Assembly (NCBI GenBank): GCA_023205875.1
Contig: CP060770.1
Coordinates: forward strand, 372,001 to 436,000
Reading direction: 5' to 3'
Origin: Chloropicon primus
Lineage: Eukaryota
DNA length: 64,000 nt
Shown: one piece after another, positions 25,074 to 34,894 of the stretch
How positions within the stretch are numbered: the stretch's first letter is position 1
Layout of the letters: every line of letters starts with the position of its first letter
Made by a program: the position numbers and the translations under genes
Notes under the pieces: generated by a model
Told to the model about the DNA's origin: nothing
Seen by the model: the letters and a program-made list of their open reading frames with translations, nothing else
Databases searched by the model: none

Positions 25074-26731
25074 GCAAGCAAGCTAATTCTCATTTCATTG
25101 TAGCACGATCCACTCACACACTCGCTCTGGAGCCGTCTGGCAGGACGTAACTGACATGACATGATATACTCATCTCCAGCACTGGGGAGGATTCCTTTGA
25201 ACATCTTCACCTTTTCAGTGCTTGACTCCCTTCAGGATTCCTTTTACTCCCTTCATCTCTCTCTTTCTCTCTCTTACTTTCACCTTCACCTTCACCTCGC
25301 CTTCCTCTTGCATGGTTATCTTGGTGTGGTGCGAGCCCACAAGAGCAAGAAGCATGAACATGAACCCACGGGTTAGTGCGGTGTCTCCCTGTCCCTCCCC
25401 TGCCTGCCTTGCTCCCCGAGCAACATCCATCCATCCATTCATCCAACCGGGCAGTACATGGCAGCCTACCATACCATAACGGAGGATCATCTGCAAGAGG
25501 TTTGCAAAAGTTTTTTCTCGCATGCAGCATGCTCGAAGATGCCTTGATGCTCCACACGTTTGACACACACGGAGACAAGAGACTAGACCGAGGATATCAA
25601 CACGAGAACCAATAAACGCCCCTTCCCTTCACCCTCTCTCTTGTCTTCTCCCACCAAAAAAGGTGGGCCCTGCTTGCCGCTTGATCATCGCTCGCCTGTC
25701 TGCAGATCTGCTGCAGTATCCATCAGCAGCCCACTTTGAGCCCAAGGTGGAGCGGACACAACAGGAGGAACTGAAGCAAGGGGCCATCACAACTTGAAGA
25801 CTTATTGAGGAACAACCACTCACTTGTTTTCCTTCCCTGTGGCTTGAACTCAAGTCATAGACGATTGGCATTTTCCTTTTGCAAAAAATCATCCACCTGT
25901 CCACCAGTGGCCTGTGACACAAGTTTGCACCACGAGACGAGCTTGACTCCGCACCACAACAGGAGCATCAAGGGGCGAAGCCTAAGGGAAGGAGGATCGC
26001 TTGATTGGATTCACTTCATCCTTGTGTCACTTGCTTGGACTCTGTCCAAGACGATTTGTGTTTTGCAAAAATCCATCCAGCAGCGACTGTGGCGACTCTG
26101 GTACAAGCTAAGGCAACAGAGGATTGACTCCCGGGAAGGGAACCTGATCGAGCAGGGGAAAGGTTTGAAGCTGCTGGATTGTTTTGTCGGTATCTTGGGC
26201 TAGTTTTTGTCACTGAGAAAGGAAGCGGCACTGCATCGCTCTCCATTCTTTGCTGCTGGAACAGAGCAGCCAGGGGGGTCACCACAACACCCTTTGGACT
26301 GTGTGTTCGGAAGGGTACCACGCCTTGCAGGGGAGAGAAGAGAAACCCTGGAGCTGCTTGGGGTTCTGCTCATTGTTGCTGTGACTTCTTAGGATTCGAT
26401 TGCATTGGGTTGAGTTGCACCGTAGCTTTCACGTGGCCTGGACAGCCTGTGGAGAGGGACTGGAGCTGTGGAGAGGGACTGGAGCAGCTGCTTTTGCTTG
26501 ATCACCCTATGCCTTGTACGGGCGAGCGCCATTGCATTGGATTGGATTGGATTGCACTGAAGCATGGTCTGCACGCGTAGATACAATCCATTGACCACCG
26601 ACGACGGGTCGTCCATAACGCAGGCGTGCGCCTGAGCAGGAGGACAAGGACTAGCTTGAGTCCTGGAGGGGAGAAGGAAGACAAGGCAAGGCAAGGGGGG
26701 GGGGGGACGAGCAAGCACTGGTTGCAGGGAG

Positions 26732-29700
26732 ATGGTTGGACTTGTGAATCCTCTGGAATCGGAAAAGGAAAATGGTAGATCAGCCAAGCTGCAGAAAGGG
26801 GACCGCATCAAGGTAAGCGGCAGAGACAGGCTTGTCAAAGGAATGAGAGATTGTGGCCTGGGAGGCCTTGTGCTGACTCTCTCTCTCTCTCCGTCTTCGT
26901 GTTTTTGTTTTCTGCAGGTGTTTCATCCCGTCTCCGGGAGGTGGAAGAAAGTTGTCGTGAAACAAGTTCGAGTGAGGCGATCCAGAGTACAAGTCTGCAG
27001 CGACGAGGATGCCCCCAGCAGTTCTTCGTCGTCACCAGAGGATTCTCTGGAGTGGCTTGATTACAGCCAGGTCAGGTACAAGAGGACGAGAGAGTGCCGT
27101 GGTGCTTCTCGCAGGATCGAGGAGAAGAAGAAGAAGGCGACGGCGGGAGGCAAGCCGGAGCAAGCCGACAGGGTGAAGCAACTGGTGGGTGGAAGGAGAG
27201 TGAGTTCAAAGAATCCAAAGGGAAAGGGGAGGGAAAGGGGGTCACGTGAAGTCGGTGAGCCGAATGACGTGGTGGCGCGGAATCCGAGGACGCCTCCCCT
27301 GACAGGGAGAACAGAAAGCAGGAAGAGAGATTATTCACAGTCTCCATCGACGTGGTGGCTGCGAACGAAGAAAAGGACAAAGTCTTCGTCGTCGAAGAAG
27401 ACAAGTAGCGGTGAAGGATCACCGCACAAGTGCGCTTCTCCATCAACCTTGGCTCCTCGGACACCTGAGCTGACACTCTCTGATGTCGGGCAGGCAGGCA
27501 AAGCGGAGAGGATTGCGCGTCGACCCAGGAGAAGGCTCGACTTCGATCAGAGTGAATTCTCCGAGCAGCAGAATGGGCCAAAGGCAGAGAGCAAGCAAGG
27601 AAGAGTGGCGGAGTCGCTCGAAGATAAATTTGGCTTTCCGTGCGAGACGCAAGCGGTGCCAAACTTCACGCTCAAGCTCATGCTTGCGGAGCTCATTGAT
27701 TTGAAGGGCCGGACAACCAATGTAGCGTGCATGAAGGAGAGTGAGAGTAAGCAGGTCGGTGTGCCTTTCCGACCCCTGCCCCACGTGATGTACAAGATGG
27801 ATTACATCCACGCCGAGAATCCAGTCTCACAAAGGACGAGCTGCTGCATACAACACGGGATCTTTCCGACGAGAGCTTGCGTCATGTCCGACAGCGAGCA
27901 GGACGACTACAGGAAGTATTTGCTGAGGCCGGCGGAGAGGGTTGCAGGGGTGAGGGCTTGTGGAGGTGCACACTTTATTGAGATGAGGTCTTTCAGTGAC
28001 GTGAAGGTCTACATGAAGCAGAATTCTTCCGTCATTCTGAATTACAGGTACAAGGACGACGTCATCCTTGAGCCGTGCAGGACGGACCGCTCGATCAGGA
28101 AGAGCGACGTTCAGATTGTGCTGAACTTGAAACGGAACTTGAACTGTTCGGTGGAATTGAACAGACTTGCATCTAGTCTCGATCAGAATCTGAAGCTGCC
28201 TTCGCTTGGGCTGAGACTTGATTTGTTCATCTCACCGGAGCTGAAGAGTAGGCTGACTACGCCAGAAGTTTCCTCGCTCGTTGCCGTTATCGCCGGGGTG
28301 GAGAAGCACTTGACAGAACTCATTGTTCAATGGAACGCTGACGTCTTCGTGAATTATTTGGACGCGTTGGAGGCAAGGGCTGCTGAACAAGCAGACTGCG
28401 GAAACGCACCACCCAGTTCTGTAGCACTTGGCGAAAAGACCGACACTGGCATCCGCTTCAAGGCTTTTCTCGAAAGGGTGGATGTCTTGGGCAGGCGCTT
28501 CTGCAACATCGACTCGCGGTCCATCCTGTCGAGGCTCAAGAATGACGTTTCCATCATCAAGCTTTTGCAGAGGTTTTCCTTTCAAAGCACCTTGCTGTAT
28601 TCGTCCATACTCGTGCTGATGCGTGTCGACACGGCGCTAGCGGGCAAGGACAGCAACTGCTTGCTGAAGCAAGTTCACATCTTGTGCAGGAACGACTGTC
28701 GAGACTCGTTTCGGTACGAGATGATCGCAAAGGAGACGATCTGCAAGTCAAGCGAGGGGCACGGGTACCTGAAGACCGAGTTCTTCTTTCCGAAGGATTT
28801 CATTCCAGACAACTACAAGGACGTCGTGCTTCCGTGCGATTACGACGATGCCCAGAAGCGTTATCCTGCAGGCGTTACGACGTACACCGGCCTCTTTTCG
28901 GACGAGGAGCTCGAGAATGTGGAGAAGAGGGTCTTGGACATCGAAGCAAGCTTGGAAGGCCGGCTGCTGCCGGAGAGTTGCTACGACCGGAGCCAGTACC
29001 ATTCCTCGATCAGGAGGACCAAGCTGTTCTTTGGCGCAAGATACCTTTGGACGAAAGAGCAGACCGCTGGTTTTGAGTCGAGCAGGGCGGGGGGAATCAG
29101 GCTGAACGTCCCGCGGGTGCCCAAGTGGGTGAGGGACTGCGTCGAGGAGCCGCTGGTCCAAAGCGATATCCTGCCCAAGGACTTCATCAACAGCTCTGCA
29201 ATCAACATCTATCACGATGGAAGCGAGGGCATCCAGAGCCACTACGACGACGATTCGCGCTTCGCGAGGCCTATCGTGTCCCTGAGAACGTTCTCGGACT
29301 CGAGGCTGTCGTTCGGGACAAAGTTTTTCGGGTACGTCAACGGAAGCTTTTTCGTGCCGATGCCGAGGGGATGCATCACGGTGATGGAAGAGAAGGGCTA
29401 CGCTGCCAACGGGATCAAGCACTCGGTCAGAGCGGTGGACATGACGGGGAAGAGCGTTGCGATCATCCTGAGGCACGTCCACCACAGTTGCATGGTGGAG
29501 GCGAAGAAGATCTTCCTGGAGGAGAGCAGAGCTTGGTTCGAGGGCCTGAGCCTGGAGCATAGGGAACGAGTGGTCCTGGACGAGGACACCAAGAAAGCCA
29601 GGGCTCAGTGCGGCCACGTGGTCAACAACATCCTGAGGCAAGTGCAGCAGCAGCTGAAGGAGGAGAGGAAGGAGGAGGCCAAGCAGGAAAAGAGGGTGAT

Positions 29701-30046
29701 CGGCGAGTGCAAGAAGGTCGTGAGCGACCTGCTGAGCCAAGTTCAGAACAATTTGCGGGCGGAGAGGAAGCTCGCGGCGGCCCGGGAGGCGGAGGAGAGG
29801 AAGGTCAGGGCCGAGTGCGCCCAAGCCGTGAAAGTAATCTTGCAGGGAGTTCGGCAGCACTTCCAAGTCGAGAGGCAGATGAACACGATCGTCCGCGGCC
29901 TGGTCACGGCGGCGGTGAAGCAGGTCAAGGAGAAGGAAAAGGTTCGAAAAATCGTGGAGGCAATCACAAAGTCCGTCTCCAGCGGCAAGGCGTACAAGTT
30001 CTTCGCCCCGAGGAAGCCCAGTGCGTCGAAGAAGACCTCCCAATAA
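26732..30046 (+). CDS. Large ALKBH5-like 2OG-Fe(II) dioxygenase (putative N6-methyladenine demethylase) with a Tudor-like N-terminus and coiled-coil tail. Probable in-frame intron 26813-26917
   Basis: RRTKLFFGARY...DFINSSAINIY...SHYDD...FARPIVSLRTFSDSRLSFG...PRGCITVM...GYAANGIKHSVR...AIILR parallels the ALKBH5 core. HxD at 29240-29248, distal His at 29420. GTAAG...TGCAG flank a 105-nt CT-rich segment. Confidence 0.85.
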   Translation: MVGLVNPLESEKENGRSAKLQKGDRIKVSGRDRLVKGMRDCGLGGLVLTLSLSPSSCFCFLQVFHPVSGRWKKVVVKQVRVRRSRVQVCSDEDAPSSSSSSPEDSLEWLDYSQVRYKRTRECRGASRRIEEKKKKATAGGKPEQADRVKQLVGGRRVSSKNPKGKGRERGSREVGEPNDVVARNPRTPPLTGRTESRKRDYSQSPSTWWLRTKKRTKSSSSKKTSSGEGSPHKCASPSTLAPRTPELTLSDVGQAGKAERIARRPRRRLDFDQSEFSEQQNGPKAESKQGRVAESLEDKFGFPCETQAVPNFTLKLMLAELIDLKGRTTNVACMKESESKQVGVPFRPLPHVMYKMDYIHAENPVSQRTSCCIQHGIFPTRACVMSDSEQDDYRKYLLRPAERVAGVRACGGAHFIEMRSFSDVKVYMKQNSSVILNYRYKDDVILEPCRTDRSIRKSDVQIVLNLKRNLNCSVELNRLASSLDQNLKLPSLGLRLDLFISPELKSRLTTPEVSSLVAVIAGVEKHLTELIVQWNADVFVNYLDALEARAAEQADCGNAPPSSVALGEKTDTGIRFKAFLERVDVLGRRFCNIDSRSILSRLKNDVSIIKLLQRFSFQSTLLYSSILVLMRVDTALAGKDSNCLLKQVHILCRNDCRDSFRYEMIAKETICKSSEGHGYLKTEFFFPKDFIPDNYKDVVLPCDYDDAQKRYPAGVTTYTGLFSDEELENVEKRVLDIEASLEGRLLPESCYDRSQYHSSIRRTKLFFGARYLWTKEQTAGFESSRAGGIRLNVPRVPKWVRDCVEEPLVQSDILPKDFINSSAINIYHDGSEGIQSHYDDDSRFARPIVSLRTFSDSRLSFGTKFFGYVNGSFFVPMPRGCITVMEEKGYAANGIKHSVRAVDMTGKSVAIILRHVHHSCMVEAKKIFLEESRAWFEGLSLEHRERVVLDEDTKKARAQCGHVVNNILRQVQQQLKEERKEEAKQEKRVIGECKKVVSDLLSQVQNNLRAERKLAAAREAEERKVRAECAQAVKVILQGVRQHFQVERQMNTIVRGLVTAAVKQVKEKEKVRKIVEAITKSVSSGKAYKFFAPRKPSASKKTSQ

Positions 30047-30536
30047 CAGCTTTGTCTTCCACTTCATTTTATTCCACTATTGTTTCTACCTTCTCGATTA
30101 AGGCTTCCTCTTGGGCTCGTTTCGGCCGGTTTCGGCCGCCACCCGAACCTAGGAAAAAAAGGATAAAACTAGGTCGGATCCATACCATCACGGAGAGGGT
30201 TGCCTTACGCGAAGGTTGCATTGGACGACAAGGAACAAAACCTTTCTTTCTTGGGAATCAAGAGAACACAAGACAAACTTGTTTCCATTCCATTCCTCGA
30301 ATTCTTGATCTTGGGTTTGGGTCATAAACAATTTTGCTTGAGTCCCATCCAAGCTTGTACCACATGAACAGCTAATCCATTCGACGAGTGGCCCCTCGCA
30401 GAGCACTGCATTGCCTTGAACGTAGCCATCAGTGGGATTGAACTTTGCTCATGGGTTTGGATTTCGTGGACACATTGAGGATCTAGCTTTTTGTTTGCCG
30501 GGTTACGAAAGGAATGACACAACAGCAGCAAGAGAG

Positions 30537-33385
30537 ATGGAGGATGGTGCGAAAGTAGGACCACCGATGGTGGAAGAGGTGCTGGAGGAGGTCCCTGCTC
30601 AGTCCATGGACAAGCCAATGCCAATGTCAGTGGTGATGGAACCAAGTGGTGTGGAACGCCAGGTAGTGGTGGAGGGATCAAAGGACAAGGCAAAGGCTTC
30701 ACAGGAGAACGACAAGGATCCAACAGAGGAGGAGACATCGCACACGAAGAAGCGTGCCCGGGTTGAGGTCCAAGTTCAGCCAGGAGGAGGGAAAGGTAAG
30801 TGGAGACCGAGTCATGCCATGCCAGGTGTTCTAACTCTGTCCGTCCTGTCTGTGTGATACACAATGCCCTGCCAATGCGATGCGGTTGGATGCATCAGCC
30901 TCCTGCAGCAAGTGGAAGCACAAGGCGGCCAAAGGAAAGTCTCGCCGAGCGCCCGCGCTGAGCAAGGAGGAGGAGGAGTCCATCCGTGTGGCGAAACAGC
31001 TGCAGAAGAGTATCAACGGGTTGCGATCCACGAGAAGGAAGAAACCTGTGGAGCAGGCCAGCACGCCGAAGATTGATCTCCGCCAAGGTTCCAGGAGGAC
31101 GACGCAGCGTGCTCCGAGCATGAAGGACAGAAAGGCTGCATTGAAGGAGCTTCATAAGAACGACATGGACGAGTACAGCCGCCAGTTCCTTCACTGCAGA
31201 TCCTTGGGGTGTGAGAACTACCCTCCCGGCACCCACGTGTTCGCTAGGCTCGGTGGGCATTGCCCGTGGCCCGGAGTTATGTGGCAGATGGCCCTGTGCC
31301 CTTCCTCGATACAGAAAGAATTGTTCGTGAGCTACGCCGAAGGCCACGTGCTGGTGAGAACCTACGGCGACAGGAAAGTATTTTGGTGCAAGGTAAGCGT
31401 TGACCCGTCATTGGACCTTGTTCTGTTTTCTCGAATACTGACGCCTCGCCCCGTTCGATCACGATAGCACAAGCTGGTCGACTTGGTGACCGATAAAGCT
31501 CAGCTGGATCCAGAGCACTCGGTGTGGATGAAGAAGTGCAAGGCTTGGGCTAGGAGGAAGCAGAAGTTCAAGGTCTACAAGCTGCTTCTGGATGACCTCA
31601 AGGAGATTAGCCGGAACCCCCAAGTGGAGTGTCACCGGCTCGTGCACGAGCAGAAGAAGGATACGAACCCAAACGACGAGGACATCTGCGCGATCTGTAG
31701 CGAGGACGATGCGATATTGACGTGCGAGAGGTGCACCAAGTCCTTTCACGACATTTGCTTGAACCCGCCCATCTTCATCGACGAGGACGACAAGGATGCC
31801 CATGGCAACATCAAGTACCCGCCTTGGCAGTGTCCCTGCTGCGGTTTTCTGAACAGAGCGGAAAACGACGATTACTTTGTCAGGATGGGACTCACCCCTG
31901 ACTGGCTGATCCACGAAGCGGCTTTCAATGTTTTCCAGCTCGAGCAGCCCACCATCGAGATGCCGTACATCAAAGGTTTGCTGGATCCTTGCACGAACTC
32001 AAAGGAGACGCCGAACATCCCTGCGCAGGTCTTGTACGACAAGCACGACGACGGCTTGGATTCTAAGAACTCTTGGAAGGGCTACCACATTATTTTGAAC
32101 CCGGAGTACAAGGCAAAGATTTTGTGGCGCTTCATCAACAGGGCGATCGATGAGGTCGAGAATGACAACTGTCCTGCCATCATTGTGGTCTGCAGGAACT
32201 CCACAGACGCGGCGTACTTCCACAGACTGACACCTTACCCAAGAATTCTGTTGAGGCGCAAGAGCATTCACTTCAAGGACTACGACAGCACACCCATCGG
32301 ATTCGGCATCGTTGTCTTCTGCATTTGCAAGGTCAACTGTAAACTGTAAGTCCTTTGCTTTGTCGCTGGGTGCCCGAGTCACGCTCGTTGAGTCACGGTC
32401 ACGCTCGCAGACTGACTTGAAACGATCTTCTGTCTCAACGTTGTCGCGCAGGTACATGAAAAGGTTTTACGATTCTTTCTCTCAGTATGGCGAGATTAAC
32501 ATCCCGATTGACAGGGCCTTGATCACGCACCCAGTGTTTTACTCTTTGGTCGACCGCTTGCAGATGCTGGCGAGGGAGACTCAAAGGGATCATTGGATCC
32601 AGTGCGACGCGTGCAAGCAGTGGCGGCTCGTGCCATTCGAGTTGCTGTTGAAGACGGAGAAGAACCCGGATGCCAAGTGGTCTTGCAGTGATGCAGAGTT
32701 TTTGAAAAAGCAAGATGGATGCAAGACTCCTTTGACGACTTTGGAGGCGGAGGCGCAGGAATGGCACCTGTACAGCATCAAGTCGAACAACAAGGCATTG
32801 ATTGGGAGTTCCAAGAGCAACAGGAACTCGTCCCAGAGCTCCAAGAAGGACAACGCGGCGGCGCAAGAGACGGAGGACGACGAGCAGGAAAAGGAAGAAA
32901 GTCGCAGCGAAGTGGAGGAGATGCATCTGAAGCACGTGCTCCCCCTGAAAAAGATAGGAAGGTTAGTCTCTGGAGAGAAGGGGGACCAAGCGTTGACCTC
33001 CCTTGAGCTGGCTCGAACCGCTCGCATCGCCGTGAACCACAAACTGATGGAAAAGCTGGGTCTGCACGTCCCAGCCAAGATCGGGAAGCAGCTCGCTGCT
33101 CTCGGGAATAACAATGGCGTGGGGAAGGGGAAGGGGAAGGTGGGCCAGGGTGGCGAGGGCGAAGGAAAGCAGCAAGTGGATTGCTTGCCCGTCTTCATCG
33201 AGTCTCAAAAGGCTTTGGAGAACTACAAGAGAAGTCTTTCAGAATTCCAGACCATGCAGGCGGAACTCGCCCAGGAAAGGATGAGGGTGTACGAGAGTCT
33301 CTACGAGAAGGAGCAGGAGCTGTCGAAGAAATACCAGCAGGTGACCTTTTGTAAGAACAAGATCTCCGACTTGAACCAGGAATAG
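30537..33385 (+). CDS. PWWP + PHD + phage-Dam-like N6-adenine methyltransferase + zf-CW multidomain protein (about 854 aa). Exons 30537-30795, 30899-31392, 31468-32345, 32452-33385
   Basis: Four ORFs join in frame through GTAAG...AG introns (2565 nt in total). PWWP: PGTHVFARLGGHCPWPG...VRTYGD. PHD: C4HC3. MTase: TPDWL...LLDPC...DGL....W.G..IILNPEY...FINRAIDE...STDAAYF. CW: WIQCDACKQWR...WSC...C. Confidence 0.85.
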
Positions 33386-33562
33386 ACTAGCATAGCGCGT
33401 TGACGCACGATGTGAGCGCCTTGGCGGGTCCAGAGATCGTAATCCAAGCATTCATTAACGCTTGCAGTTTTGATCATTTTTCACAATAATTTTTTTTTGA
33501 TAAAATATACCTTTAGACACAACATACACAACGCGAGGCTTAGGCTTGGCGGCCGCGTCACG

Positions 33563-34464
33563 TCAAAACACCCTTCCGCTGTAGGTGGTCCTTGGATACG
33601 CGTGGCAGAGCTCCGGCCATTGCACGAAAATTGTGTCGGCTACCCTCAGGTGGTAGATGATCTTACCCGTCAGAGACAGACTCCTCGTTCTGCAGATGCT
33701 CTCCACGAACACAATCTTTGATGACCAGGGTCTCAACAGCTTGAGTGACAGGCACACGGGCAAGCATGTTCCCGGCCCTTGCGACGACGACAGACGATCG
33801 ACGTTAGCGTGCCATGTTTGCGATCGAAGAGAGTGGTTTGCTTTGACTTACCATTGCAAAGGAGCAGCATCGGCATCTCCCGAAATACTGTAGCCACCGA
33901 AGCAAAGAGGGAATAGCTTGTTGTGAACACGGAGGTGACGTAGGACTGCCCCACTTCTCTGCTCCTCGGTATGTTCACGACTTTGGGTAACGCTTTGCCC
34001 TCTTTCATCTTTGATCCAGGTCGATTCTCGCCCTCCATCGACGTTCTCTGCTCCCTCTCGAAGCGCAGAGCCCTCTCCGCGCTCATGCCGTCCGTCTGAG
34101 ACACCACGTACACCCGAGGCTTGTACTTGTTCAAGTCCAGGAACTTGACCACCCGAAGCATCTCTGCGGTGTGTCCGCCGGAACCAAGCACCACCATCGT
34201 CTTCACCGCATGCGGCTCTGCTCCATCGCCCTCCCCCTGTTGTGAACCTTTGAGCCTCTTCACTGCATTGGCCACGGCATCCCTCACAAAGAAGAAAACG
34301 AAGAAGGCAACCACTTGGAACAGAACGAGTGAAACCAACAAGATGATCACCCCGATAACCTTCCACGTCTCAGGAGCCAAGCATTCAAACACCTGAGGTG
34401 GCAGAGTGACCACCATGCCACCCACATTCACCGATCTCTCGGCAAAACCCTCCTCCTCCGTCAT
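33563..34464 (-). CDS. ALG14: UDP-GlcNAc transferase subunit ALG14. Intron 33851-33778; start codon uncertain
   Basis: TM helix followed by VVLGSGGHTAEM, IPRSREVGQS, spliced CNG|PGTC, FVESICR..SLSLTGKI, FVQWPEL. Confidence 0.93.
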
Positions 34465-34894
34465 CTGCGCAGCCTTCACCCACTTTAGCATGGACTCGAG
34501 CATGACTTGGATCCAACCTAACAACCTCCCATTCATTGGCACAACTTTTTCGTTTCGTGGTCGATTTCGTCAAACATCGGGTCTATCGAAAGAGAAAGAT
34601 ACGATCTCTTCCGCTTTCATCTCCTCGTTCTCTTCCCTTCCCTTGTCCGCCCTCCTCCGCACGAAACGCCTTCACTTTCCAATCCCCTCGCTCGCCCTCT
34701 CTCCGTGGGGTTGTGTCAGACGAGACGACGACGACGAGAGACGAGAGAAAAGAGAAGACAAACGCGATGCGTTGATGGCGAGACGGATGTCACGATGTCT
34801 CCCCGACATCGCTTGCCACCCTCACTTCACCCCTTCCTCGCTGCATTTCCTTCCAGTTGCGTGGGATGGACGAGAGAGAGAGAGAGAGACGAGG

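Noticed and set aside
34406..34894. N-terminal extension of the miaA ORF overlapping ALG14
   Set aside because: Low-complexity, microsatellite-derived translation from a GTG start. More likely divergent promoter or UTR.
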